Virus record (IMG/VR): IMGVR_UViG_2869455143_000004
Span: 1 to 64,000 of that record
Reading direction: 5' to 3' (one strand)
From: a virus
Lineage: Duplodnaviria > Caudoviricetes
Length of the DNA stretch: 64,000 nt
Shown here: positions 9,531 to 19,102 of the stretch, piece by piece
Numbering within the stretch: position 1 is the first letter of the stretch
Layout: every line of letters begins with the position of its first letter
The notes under the pieces: model-generated
Told to the model about the DNA's origin: nothing
The model's database searches: none
What the model saw: the letters and a program-made list of their open reading frames with translations, nothing else
Made by a program: the position numbers and the translations under genes

Positions 9531-10022
9531 ATGTCTGGATTTTCCAACACCAAAGCCGATATGGGCTTTCTCAAAAAACGCCTTAATCAGAGCCTTGCCG
9601 CCGGTGAAAAACTGGTTGGCTCTGAGTTCTGGATGCGCATTAAGGGTTATGAGAATTTGTCGATTCTTATTCGTACATCTCAGATCCCTGAAATGACTCG
9701 TGAAGACGTGGAAGATTTCGCGCCGAGTGGCATGAAAATCAACCAACATGGGCCAGTTCGTAACTCTGGTGAAATTCAGGTGACGTGTGCGGAAACTATC
9801 AAAGGCGATGTATTTAAAGCCGTGCGTCAAATGGTATATGGCAAAGAGTATGTCGATATTGAGCTGCAGGCAGCTGCAGAGTCTAACAGTGGTTCAGATG
9901 GCGGTATCACTCGCAAATTGCTGCATTGTAAGGTCTACAGTGACGCCATTGATTTTGGTTCAGAAGACGTGACTACGGTCGTGCGCCCTACCCTGCGTAT
10001 CGTTTACAACTGGGCTGAATAA
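9531..10022 (+). CDS. bplB: BplB-like tail tube-fold protein
   Basis: RTSQIPEMTREDVED...NQHGP.RNSGEIQV, matching P1 BplB as recalled. Confidence 0.85.
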   Translation: MSGFSNTKADMGFLKKRLNQSLAAGEKLVGSEFWMRIKGYENLSILIRTSQIPEMTREDVEDFAPSGMKINQHGPVRNSGEIQVTCAETIKGDVFKAVRQMVYGKEYVDIELQAAAESNSGSDGGITRKLLHCKVYSDAIDFGSEDVTTVVRPTLRIVYNWAE

Positions 10023-10024
10023 TT

Positions 10025-10576
10025 ATGACGCCAGTCGATATGCTGGAAGGCGTTAAAAAGCGCTTTCAGCCGCTTCTCGCGGATGATGACACATTGCTTA
10101 AAACCCTTTTACGTCAAGCGTTGACGACTTATCAGGATAAGGCTGGCGTAATAAGCCGAGTACAGATAAGTAAGCAGGATGGTGTCAGCATGAAGCTACC
10201 AGAAGACTACCTGGCATTAATCCATGTCACAGATAGTCGCGGTGGCCTGGTGTATGCCGACCCCTACCCTGACGCAATCAAACTGGATTTGTATGGCGAT
10301 GAACGTTATCCCCTGACAATGGCGTATTTGCTCAACCTGAGAGATCGTGATTTCGAAAAATGGGTTATACCGGCTGATATTATCGGAAGCCTGGAAGACT
10401 ACCTGGAGGCGCTTATTGCGATTAAAAACACGGAAAGACTCCGCATTGTAGCCATCGCCGGGAAACTGGATACCAGTGGATACCCTGATGAAATTACTCT
10501 GCAGCAGCGCAAGCAAGAGCTGGAGCTGCAAATGTCTGCGAACAGAGCGATTATCCCTGGTGCAACCATACTGTAA
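10025..10576 (+). CDS. pmgC: PmgC-like head-tail adaptor
   Basis: ALTTYQDKAG...IAGKLD...IIPG similarity; precedes tub. Confidence 0.7.
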   Translation: MTPVDMLEGVKKRFQPLLADDDTLLKTLLRQALTTYQDKAGVISRVQISKQDGVSMKLPEDYLALIHVTDSRGGLVYADPYPDAIKLDLYGDERYPLTMAYLLNLRDRDFEKWVIPADIIGSLEDYLEALIAIKNTERLRIVAIAGKLDTSGYPDEITLQQRKQELELQMSANRAIIPGATIL

Positions 10577-10630
10577 CGCGTGGATCAGTGCTGCATAGTT
10601 TGCAGCACTCCACCAGCTCACGAGGTGATT

Positions 10631-11332
10631 ATGGGTTTTTTTGATGGGCTGGCGAATAACATCACTGGTGGTGCCAGTGCTAAATCTATCGGCAGTAACC
10701 TTATTTCCAACATTCTTGACCGGGCCACATCGATCACCAGCGGAAAATCGGTTTCGTTCGGTGGCATGCCTGCGGAACTATCGACCGCTAAATCAATCCT
10801 GCAGGCCGCAATGCGTATTCGTTATGCGCAGGGCTGGCAATGGACGGTTGAAGCTGATGGGATGCCCGGAATAGACATGTATGCCAAAGATGTCACGTTT
10901 GGATTTGGCAACATCGAAACTGAGTCGAAAATTATCGGGGGGATTGAATTTAACAAGCCAACTCACCGAACAGCGGGAAACCTTACGATGACCGTTCGTG
11001 ATAACGAGAATGGTGATCTGTATAAATGGTTCGATCAGCGTCGTGCAAAGGTTATCAATAACGACGGTACCATCAACCTCCCCCCTTCCTATCTTATGAA
11101 TGTTCGACTCTATCGGGTATCTCAGGACGGTCAGCGCACACTGGCTGAAGAAGCTGCAATGATCCCTACCACGCTGGGAGAAGTCACTTGGTCACGGGAC
11201 CAGGTAACAGAGTTCATGTCATACCCGCTATCATTTGTTAAAGGTTCGTCTATTAACAAAGGGTTGGGTGGGCTTGCAGGCAGCGCCATATCAGGGCTGA
11301 CCAGTAAAATCGGGAGTGGAATATCTTTCTAA
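10631..11332 (+). CDS. tub: Tub tail tube/initiator protein
   Basis: AQGWQWTVE.DG...ARDQVTEF-like motifs; start reassigned to 10631. Confidence 0.85.
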   Translation: MGFFDGLANNITGGASAKSIGSNLISNILDRATSITSGKSVSFGGMPAELSTAKSILQAAMRIRYAQGWQWTVEADGMPGIDMYAKDVTFGFGNIETESKIIGGIEFNKPTHRTAGNLTMTVRDNENGDLYKWFDQRRAKVINNDGTINLPPSYLMNVRLYRVSQDGQRTLAEEAAMIPTTLGEVTWSRDQVTEFMSYPLSFVKGSSINKGLGGLAGSAISGLTSKIGSGISF

Positions 11333-11560
11333 ATGTAATGACGGTGTATGTACTTTATGTAATTCCATTGGGTATGCGGTGTAATGTCAATGTACATACA
11401 AACATGTAATTACGTTGTATGTGCAATGTGTTTTCGTTGTGGCGCATAAGCGCGACACTGTATTTACAGATAAGTATTTACGACGTATGTGCATATGATT
11501 TGCGATGTAATTACATGATATTTACGAATGCGTATTTTCATTGTATTTACATTGCATTGT
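11333..11560. repeat. Degenerate TGTAWT/GTATTTAC repeat array
   Basis: 11 TGTA cores in about 210 bp; ATGTAATTAC twice, GTATTTAC three times; no convincing ORF. Confidence 0.7.
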
Positions 11561-11590
11561 CATTTTTTGGCGAAGAGAACACGGCATAAC

Positions 11591-11612
11591 GAAAACACAG
11601 ACTGCCTATCCT
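11591..11612 (+). promoter_or_regulatory. Late promoter for the pmgB-sit operon
   Basis: GAAAACACA-GACTGCC-TATCCT. Confidence 0.7.
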
Positions 11613-11642
11613 ACTCAGCATCACTTTATTGCTGGGGCAAAC

Positions 11643-12461
11643 ATGAAAATTCCTGATTTCCCATTACCATCCCAACCAAGAACAGAGATCCACTTCCGCA
11701 TGCCAACGGTGGATGACGCTATGTTGTATAGCGACAGCCTGCCGGACCAAGAGGAAGCCACGACAACAAAATACCTCAACGCCATGCAAGCTGGGGAGGT
11801 TAACGATAGCGCCCTCTGGACGGCGCAGGATCGTCGTACTGCCCTTTGGTGGATTTATATCAATTCCCGCACGGATACAGTCACCACATACCCCTACAAC
11901 TGCCAGCACTGCGGAGAAACTCATTTCTATGACTTCGACCTGAGAGAGCTTTCTGAAAATGCAGAATTGCTGACAGAGGTTCCAGAACGGCGCGTAACGG
12001 TACCGGTTCAGGGAGTTCCGACGGAATGGATATTAAAGCCGTTGGATGGTCGGGGGATTTGTATGCTTGAAAAACTCCGTTTCATGCTTCCTGAAGAAAC
12101 CGACCCTGAATACAAAAATGCTGAGCGTCGAATGCGTCTGGCTGAAATTGCCCTGAATACGGCTCTTAATGACGACCCGGATGATTACGAAGCTGCAGCA
12201 AATCGCCGTTATGACTTGATCGCAACTATGGCTACAGATACCGAATTTGTACCGTTAGTTGCCAAAATTCACTTAATGCAACGCGAGCTACGGCATGGTC
12301 TGGACGTGAGCATTGAGCGCGGTGTTGTGTCCCTTGTTCTCCCTCCGCATAGCTGTGAAGCAGAGGGTAAGGAGGGCAAGGCAACTCGATTGCTGGTTCC
12401 CTTTCGGAATAGCTCATTCATTCCAAACTTTAAATCTGAGTGGATGGTTAACCGTTATTAA
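11643..12461 (+). CDS. pmgB: PmgB-like baseplate hub/tail assembly protein (T4 gp26-like)
   Basis: WTAQDR.TALWWI and CQHC motifs; directly upstream of the tape measure. Confidence 0.75.
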   Translation: MKIPDFPLPSQPRTEIHFRMPTVDDAMLYSDSLPDQEEATTTKYLNAMQAGEVNDSALWTAQDRRTALWWIYINSRTDTVTTYPYNCQHCGETHFYDFDLRELSENAELLTEVPERRVTVPVQGVPTEWILKPLDGRGICMLEKLRFMLPEETDPEYKNAERRMRLAEIALNTALNDDPDDYEAAANRRYDLIATMATDTEFVPLVAKIHLMQRELRHGLDVSIERGVVSLVLPPHSCEAEGKEGKATRLLVPFRNSSFIPNFKSEWMVNRY

Positions 12462-12576
12462 CAACCTCACGCTTTACGGCTATCAGCCGGTAAGCGACGT
12501 GGAGCGCCTGCCTGAATGGAGAGCGCTGGAAATGAATAAAGCGCTGCAGGATAAGTACAAACCCAAGAGGTCTTAA
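12400..12576 (+). CDS. Short +1-frame ORF ending at the sit start; possible frameshift extension of PmgB
   Basis: NNLTLYGYQP...KYKPKRS ends in a TAATG overlap with sit; no good start codon with RBS. Confidence 0.45.
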   Translation, partial: PFGIAHSFQTLNLSGWLTVINNLTLYGYQPVSDVERLPEWRALEMNKALQDKYKPKRS

Positions 12577-15500
12577 TGATGGTTAAAAAGGATCGGTTAA
12601 GCATCATTGATGCTATCGAGAAAGCCAGCGAAGCCGAATTAGGAGAGTTAGCTAAAATCTCCCAGGCGTTACAAAACTTAGCCCCGGCAAATGAACGTGG
12701 ACCTGTCGATGGAGAGTCGAACGGTTCAGCTCTGGTTGTTAGTCGCCGACTGAAGCAACGCACAAATGTCCCAGGCCCTAAAAAATCAAGACCGCCACAG
12801 GCCGAAAAAGCAGATACAAAAAGCCCAAAAACAGCCAAAGAAGAACAAAAAAGAACTTATGAAAGGGACTTTAGCGAAGGATCGGAATCTGGTGGTGGAA
12901 AAGTACGTATAGAAAGGACCAAAAAGGCCAGTAATGGAGCTAACGAAGGGCGTGAGCGTCGAACATACGCGGATGTTCTGGCGGCTAATGGTCAGAAACT
13001 GACGCGTGAAAGGGGGCCAAAACCATCCAGTGAACGGCGTCATCAACAAGCACGAGAAATCAGAACGAGTGAAGAAAGTAATAACTCGCCAAATCGTGAT
13101 GCGTCCGGGCGCTTTGTTTCCCGCGACAAAGCTGAAGAGACAAGTCGAGTTCGCCAGCAAAAGTTAGGGCTGAAAGAACAGGAAAAGTTACAGGGTGGCT
13201 TTTTCAATCGGCTGGGCAGCATGCTCAAGGGTAGCAGTGAAAAGGATTCAAAGCTGAATGCTGACGGTGCGGAGCTGGTAGGTGGTGCTGCCGTTGGTGG
13301 GCCTGTGTGGATGTTGGGCCGGGGAATGTTTGATCTCGGCAAGAGCGTTAGCGATAACGTTGTATCCCTGCAGCAATGGGTAAGCGACAAAAAAGAAGGT
13401 AAAGAGCTGAGTGAACCTACACCAGCGAAGAAATATCCCGATGTAGTGACCCAGCCATTACCGCCACCAAAAATGGGTAGTAAATCTTCAGCGGAAACAT
13501 TCAGCAAAGGTGCTCAGGAAAAAGGGATTCAGGCTACTCAAGAGCAAACGCAGGTTATTGCAGCCAATGATGAACGAATCATTGAAGGCTTGGACGAAAT
13601 CAGGGAAGAAATTAAGCGCAGCGGTAAAGGCGCAGCTGGTGGTGGGTTAGGCGGATGGTTCGGCGATCGCTTCGGTCGGAAAGGGAGAAGAGGGCGGTTA
13701 GGCCATATCGGACGAGGTGACGTATCCCTGCCTGAAAAAGCCCGTAAAAAGGTACGCAAACCCCGAAATGGCAGCTTAGGTAAGCTGAAGGCCGTAATGA
13801 CAAGCGCCAATGTGCTGAAAGGTGCTGGTGGTGTTGCTGCAGGCGGTGCTCTTGTTGCTACTGGGGCTAAAGTCGCAACGGATGTGGTTGCCAAACCTGC
13901 AGCGGAGAAAGTAACGACAAAAGCTGTTGAAGCTGCAGCTAAACCTGCATCTGAGAAAGTGGCAACCAAAGCAGTCGAAGCGGCAACGAAACCTGTTGCA
14001 GCTAAGGTCGTTGCGCCTATAGCAGAAGAGGCTGGCGAGGCTGCAGCCAAAACAGGGGCGCTCAAAGCTGGCGGCAAGCTTGGCGCAAAGACTGCATTGA
14101 AGGCGATCCCGCTTCTCGGTACCGCGCTTAGCATTGGCTGGGATGCCTATGACGGGGCCACGGATGAAGAAGGGCAGAGGGCAGCATTTAACGTCGCGGA
14201 AGGCAAAGAAGTCAGCGCCCGACAAAAGACAGCGTTTACCGCCGCGAACGTACTCAATATGGGGGGCCTGGTATCTGGTGGTGCTGGCTTGCTCGCTTCC
14301 GGCGCGCGCATGTTCGGTATGGACAGCGTTGCCGATGCGTTGACCTTTGATACTGAGAGCATTGCGAAAGGCCTTGATTCCGGTATGGCGACGGTCGGCG
14401 ATGCCATATCAAAAGTGACGTCATCCTATGAGGATAAGGGCAACGAAATAACCAAAGCCGTATCTGATGGTACCGATAAAACTGTTAATGCAATTAACCG
14501 GTTGGGTACCCAAATGCAGGGGGGCGAATGGGGCAAAGATAACGTTGGTGCTGAAGGTAAATCTGTTTCAGATTACGAGTCAGTTAAGACCAATGACATA
14601 GGTGCAGACCTGAATATCGGCGGGAAAAACGCAAAAGTTCGTTCATTCCGCAACAACAACTTTGGAAACCTGAACTACGTCGGGCAGGAGGGTGCGAGGC
14701 TCGAAGACCCAAACAGTAAAGGTGAAGCGAGGTTCGCTAAATTCAATACGCCGGAGGAAGGATTCAGGGCTTTGGCGCACCAGCTCACCCTGTACTCAAA
14801 TGGGAAGTCGAAGGCAACCGGCGGTAAAAAACTCAATTCCGTAGAAGACATTATCAAAGTCTATGCGCCGGAGAGCGAAAACAGCACGAAGGACTATATC
14901 AGCGCACTTTCCAAAAAAATGGGCGTGGAGTCTGGACAGCAGCTGGATATGACTAACCCGGATGTAATGACCCAGTTAATCCGTGGTATTGCTACGATCG
15001 AAGGCGGTAATCCACAGGTTACGGATCAGTTCATTAAAGACTCAATCGGCACCCATGAAAACGGTAAATGGGTTGGCGGTAAATTTAGCAATGAGTCTCT
15101 GAAAGTAGTCAATGAAGCCCGCGTTAGCAAAGGCATGGCTCCCGTAGCGGAAAACTCCCTCTATAGCACCGGCAGCAAAGTAATAACAACCGCACCAAAG
15201 GGCGTTGTCTCGCCGTCACCAGCGTCTGCTCCAATCGCGACACCTGCAGCTGTCGCCGACATCCCGGCTAAAGTGGACAAAGTTGTTCAGGAACAACTGA
15301 ATGAACACGGCGTTCGAGGGATGGCAAAGAATCGACCAGAAGAGGGCGTATCGCAACCTAAATCAGCCATTAAATCCAGCGAAGAAGTCGCAAAAGCCAT
15401 AGCTGAAAAGGCTGCGTCAGGTTCCGCCAGTATATGGGACAAGACAAAATCTGCAGCTGCAACGGGGGCCAGTGCTGTAATTGCGGCACCTGGTAAATTG

Positions 15501-16367
15501 GATGCCGCGCTGCAGGAGAAGATGACGGAGTATAACGTCAGGGGAATGGCAAAGAATCGTCCTTCAGCTGGGCTATCACTTCCCGCCGGTGCAACGATGC
15601 CATCCTCGCTTGAAGTTGCTGCACTACCGGCAGCTGAAATTTCGCGCCGAGGCAGGGATGCCGCTAATCGTCAAAACACGCAGGCAACTACCATTGTATC
15701 GGCGTCCGGGCGTCCAGCTGCAGGCGCAGCTCCCGGCGCTACTTCTGGCATTCCGAGAGTAACCGCGCGCGATGCTGCAGTGCCAGAAGAAAGCATGTTT
15801 GAGAAAGCGATGGGGGGCGCTGTTGACGGTTTAAAAGCTGTTGGTGCATCTATCCTTCCGGCAGTCAGTGACACGCTAAATCAGACTATCAGCGGTTTTA
15901 GTGGTAATCAGATCGTGGGTGATGCGCTGAATGCTGCAGGTATGTCTGATCCAACCATTCAGCGTGCTATAGCTCCTGTCACCGACAAGGTAGGTACCTG
16001 GCTTGATAGTGGCATGAGTTCGCTTACAGACGCTTCAACTTCTCTGTTAACGAAGGACCAGACTGCTCAGCCAGCCTTTGTGCCACAGCAATCGTCAAGC
16101 CTGTCTATTCCGAAGTCTATGCCAACCGTTCAGGACCTGGCGAGCAGTGGAATTCGTCCGTCATTAAGCACTGACACTGCAAATCACGATGTGGATATTC
16201 TGAAAGAGCTAAGAGGTATGGGATCTACGCTGGAACAACTTTTAGGCGTTTCAAAACAGAAAGATGGCGCGCCAGAAAAGGTTGTTCATACCGCGCAACC
16301 GGCACCGCGTAGAGCCGCATCATTCTCAATCAGAGATGCGGCGCTCGATGGTCTATTGAAGGATTAA
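12576..16367 (+). CDS. sit: Tape measure protein (Sit position) with a lysozyme-like domain
   Basis: 1263 aa, Ala/Gly/Lys-rich; RNNNFGNL...F.TPEEG.RAL...YAP..EN.T..Y domain. Confidence 0.85.
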   Translation: MMVKKDRLSIIDAIEKASEAELGELAKISQALQNLAPANERGPVDGESNGSALVVSRRLKQRTNVPGPKKSRPPQAEKADTKSPKTAKEEQKRTYERDFSEGSESGGGKVRIERTKKASNGANEGRERRTYADVLAANGQKLTRERGPKPSSERRHQQAREIRTSEESNNSPNRDASGRFVSRDKAEETSRVRQQKLGLKEQEKLQGGFFNRLGSMLKGSSEKDSKLNADGAELVGGAAVGGPVWMLGRGMFDLGKSVSDNVVSLQQWVSDKKEGKELSEPTPAKKYPDVVTQPLPPPKMGSKSSAETFSKGAQEKGIQATQEQTQVIAANDERIIEGLDEIREEIKRSGKGAAGGGLGGWFGDRFGRKGRRGRLGHIGRGDVSLPEKARKKVRKPRNGSLGKLKAVMTSANVLKGAGGVAAGGALVATGAKVATDVVAKPAAEKVTTKAVEAAAKPASEKVATKAVEAATKPVAAKVVAPIAEEAGEAAAKTGALKAGGKLGAKTALKAIPLLGTALSIGWDAYDGATDEEGQRAAFNVAEGKEVSARQKTAFTAANVLNMGGLVSGGAGLLASGARMFGMDSVADALTFDTESIAKGLDSGMATVGDAISKVTSSYEDKGNEITKAVSDGTDKTVNAINRLGTQMQGGEWGKDNVGAEGKSVSDYESVKTNDIGADLNIGGKNAKVRSFRNNNFGNLNYVGQEGARLEDPNSKGEARFAKFNTPEEGFRALAHQLTLYSNGKSKATGGKKLNSVEDIIKVYAPESENSTKDYISALSKKMGVESGQQLDMTNPDVMTQLIRGIATIEGGNPQVTDQFIKDSIGTHENGKWVGGKFSNESLKVVNEARVSKGMAPVAENSLYSTGSKVITTAPKGVVSPSPASAPIATPAAVADIPAKVDKVVQEQLNEHGVRGMAKNRPEEGVSQPKSAIKSSEEVAKAIAEKAASGSASIWDKTKSAAATGASAVIAAPGKLDAALQEKMTEYNVRGMAKNRPSAGLSLPAGATMPSSLEVAALPAAEISRRGRDAANRQNTQATTIVSASGRPAAGAAPGATSGIPRVTARDAAVPEESMFEKAMGGAVDGLKAVGASILPAVSDTLNQTISGFSGNQIVGDALNAAGMSDPTIQRAIAPVTDKVGTWLDSGMSSLTDASTSLLTKDQTAQPAFVPQQSSSLSIPKSMPTVQDLASSGIRPSLSTDTANHDVDILKELRGMGSTLEQLLGVSKQKDGAPEKVVHTAQPAPRRAASFSIRDAALDGLLKD

Positions 16368-16371
16368 GTTC

Positions 16372-16752
16372 GTGATATATGAAATTGACGGGTTACTGAG
16401 AGTTGATGCTGGTGGTGTGATCGTGATGGAAGGGGCTGATAAGGCAGATCAGGCCCGTCTGGATGAGTGGCTTAGAACACCTATCGGCAGTATTTACGGA
16501 TTGCCATCATGGGGTAATCCGTTAGTGAATTTCAAACATGAACCGCTTGGATCGGAAAAAAGCGTTTTTGTGGAAGTTGCCATAGAAAACGCATTGATTA
16601 AGAAGCTGCGCATTGATTTGCCTTCACTCAGAGTTTTTCAGGTGCGGTGCGCGGCGCTTTCAGTAGATATGTTGGAAATCATCTTTGCGATGCCGAGCGG
16701 CACATTCTCTACAACTTTCCGCATGAAAAACACCGATGGGAGAACATCTTGA
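16372..16752 (+). CDS. pmgA: PmgA, gp25-like baseplate wedge subunit
   Basis: L.TP.GS.YG.P.WG motif; synteny. Confidence 0.8.
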   Translation: MIYEIDGLLRVDAGGVIVMEGADKADQARLDEWLRTPIGSIYGLPSWGNPLVNFKHEPLGSEKSVFVEVAIENALIKKLRIDLPSLRVFQVRCAALSVDMLEIIFAMPSGTFSTTFRMKNTDGRTS

Positions 16753-18188
16753 GCATTCAGGAGTTATTGGAAAAATTTAATGGGTTGCTGCAAGACAAAC
16801 CATGGTGGGCGCGTTTTGCAAATAGCCAGTTTATACAGATGATGAGCATTTTTGGCGCTCAGGTTATCTATATGGCGCAGAACCATGCAAGAAGGGCGCT
16901 GGGTGAGGGATTTATTTCTACAGCAACAAAGCGCTCAAGCATTCTCGCTGCAGCTGAAGATAGGGGATACGTCGGCCCACTGATCACGCCGTCGGCTGGT
17001 GCTGTCAGTATCAGGAATAAAACTAAGCAAGAATTACAGTTGCCGATTTATTCAGAATTCCTGTCATCAATGGAATTACCCTATGTTCTTTCAGACGCTG
17101 TTACGATCCCTGCAGGTGAAGCCGTCGAAGTCAGTAGTGTCAAGCAAATGGAGTTGGTCCACATTCAGGCGAATATTGAGAAAGAAAGTGCGTTTTACAC
17201 ACTGCTTTTGCCTAAAGATATCACCTCTGAAACGGCCTCTATCGACGTGTTTGTCGTGGTGAACGGTGAGCGAAGGAAGTGGAAGTACAATCCTATGTTC
17301 AGGCTGTCACGCGCCACAAGTGAGCATTATGTACTGGTGTATAGGCCATCTGAGCAGTTGGGGGTCCGATTTGGTAATGGTTCGACTGGCGCCATGCCTC
17401 CAGCCGGAAGCCGGGTCGAGATCGAAGCCTGGTGTAGTCAGGGGGAAACAACGCTGGCCCAGGGCCAAAAGTTGACGCCTGCAGGCAATATCGCGTCAAT
17501 GGTAGAAATGCTGGAAGTGGTTACAACCACTCCGATCACCGGCGGTAGTGGCTTTGAATCTACTGAGGATACGCGCTATCGCGCGCAGTATTACGTACCG
17601 TTTGATGAGCAAGTCGTTTGGGGTGGGGACTATAATTATTTTATCCGGCGACACGTTCCCGGCTTGAGCTGGCTGGCGGTGTGGGGTGAGCAGCAGCAAG
17701 AAGCAGCCACAGGCAAAAAAGACCTTCTCAACATCAATACGATTTTCTTCAGTGGACATAAGCCCGGAGTAAGCCAAGAGCACCTGTCAGAGCTGATCTA
17801 TAGTGCTCTAAAAGGCGTACCGAATTATCTGAATAAAAATTTCCGCTGGGTGCCGGTTAACCCGAAGCCCTTTACTATTTCGCTGACCGGTAGCGCAAAT
17901 AAGAACGTGGTAATTAACGACGCGATCAAGGAGATACGGGACACGCTGGAAGCTCGTTTCGGCTATGACTCCACAAGCTTTGGAGCTGAGTTAGAAGATA
18001 ACGACGTGCAGTTTGTGCAGGTTAAAGTGAAAGATATGTGGGCGTGCGTCAATGACATGAAGTTACTCAGTACGTTCGAAATAGTTGTTAACGGAATGCT
18101 GCCTTCTGAAAACCTGAATGACTTTATCTACCTCAACACGAAAGACTCTGTATTTGATATCCGCCTGCCTGGGGGGGTTATCCGATGA
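16749..18188 (+). CDS. bplA: BplA baseplate wedge (T4 gp6-like)
   Basis: FI.TA..RSSI, VRFGNG..G.MP and ITGG..E motifs; TTG start overlapping the pmgA stop. Confidence 0.85.
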   Translation: MSIQELLEKFNGLLQDKPWWARFANSQFIQMMSIFGAQVIYMAQNHARRALGEGFISTATKRSSILAAAEDRGYVGPLITPSAGAVSIRNKTKQELQLPIYSEFLSSMELPYVLSDAVTIPAGEAVEVSSVKQMELVHIQANIEKESAFYTLLLPKDITSETASIDVFVVVNGERRKWKYNPMFRLSRATSEHYVLVYRPSEQLGVRFGNGSTGAMPPAGSRVEIEAWCSQGETTLAQGQKLTPAGNIASMVEMLEVVTTTPITGGSGFESTEDTRYRAQYYVPFDEQVVWGGDYNYFIRRHVPGLSWLAVWGEQQQEAATGKKDLLNINTIFFSGHKPGVSQEHLSELIYSALKGVPNYLNKNFRWVPVNPKPFTISLTGSANKNVVINDAIKEIRDTLEARFGYDSTSFGAELEDNDVQFVQVKVKDMWACVNDMKLLSTFEIVVNGMLPSENLNDFIYLNTKDSVFDIRLPGGVIR

Positions 18189-19030
18189 TCAAAGACTGGT
18201 TGAAAAAACAGTTAATACCAGAAAAGCAGAAAACAGGGCTATGGCCTGATTTTGCTGATGCTGTCCAGGTTGTTTACGAGGAACAGGTAAAGCCGCTATT
18301 GTCCCGGCTAAGCGATCGTAAGTCATTTTTCACCATGCACCCTGAAGATATGGATACCCGTATCAGTGAATACGGGCGATTTTTCGTCATGGGGGAAACC
18401 GATAAGGCAAGCAGGCCTATTTTGTTGGCTCAGCGTCTTGATGAGGTCCATTTCAAAGGGACGGATCGTCCAATTGTCTCGACGTTTTGGCGTGAGTTCG
18501 GCAATCTGCCGGTAAACTGGGAACCTCTGTATGCACCACTTGATCAGGAACGCTTCCCATACGGTACGTTTTTTACAACCGAAAACGGCGTCAAAATAGC
18601 ACAGGAGAGCTACGGGGAATTCTTTCTTACTTCTCGTGGCACAATCAATGTCGATCTGAACAAGCTGTATGAAATATACGGTTATGAAGAACAGGACAAA
18701 CTGATTAAACGCCTGATAAAAGATGTTGACCGAATTGTTGCCCCCTTACTCCCATTGGAGACTGTTTTTGACGGTATTTCACTCAGGCTTGATTTCTGGC
18801 TGGAAGAGGCAGAAGAGGTAATGAAGTATGCCTCTGCAACGGTCGGGAGTAGCCGCGCATTTTTGTTTCAGCCGTTTCGCGAGTCTATAGAGCTGCAGCA
18901 TGTGGAGGCAAGCTATGATGCTGGTGAAATTACGCCACAAACGTGCTCGCAAGATCCTATTTATCTCCGACTGGATACTATGCCGGTTGACGCCTGGCCC
19001 CTCGATTTGCATATCCTCAACCGTGGGTAG
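18185..19030 (+). CDS. 16: gp16 baseplate protein
   Basis: 281 aa; synteny bplA-16-R-S. Confidence 0.75.
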   Translation: MIKDWLKKQLIPEKQKTGLWPDFADAVQVVYEEQVKPLLSRLSDRKSFFTMHPEDMDTRISEYGRFFVMGETDKASRPILLAQRLDEVHFKGTDRPIVSTFWREFGNLPVNWEPLYAPLDQERFPYGTFFTTENGVKIAQESYGEFFLTSRGTINVDLNKLYEIYGYEEQDKLIKRLIKDVDRIVAPLLPLETVFDGISLRLDFWLEEAEEVMKYASATVGSSRAFLFQPFRESIELQHVEASYDAGEITPQTCSQDPIYLRLDTMPVDAWPLDLHILNRG

Positions 19031-19049
19031 GGGAGTTATGCGCCAGGTA

Positions 19050-19071
19050 CAAAGTACAGACTGATTATTAT
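19050..19071 (+). promoter_or_regulatory. Late promoter for R-S
   Basis: CAAAGTACA-GACTGAT-TATTAT. Confidence 0.75.
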
Positions 19072-19102
19072 CCCGTCATAGTTCTAGTGACGGGGTTTTC
19101 AT

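Noticed and set aside
11333-11560. Repeat array as a CRISPR or tRNA
   Set aside because: No constant repeat-spacer period and no cloverleaf; no tRNA, rRNA or CRISPR array recognised anywhere in the window
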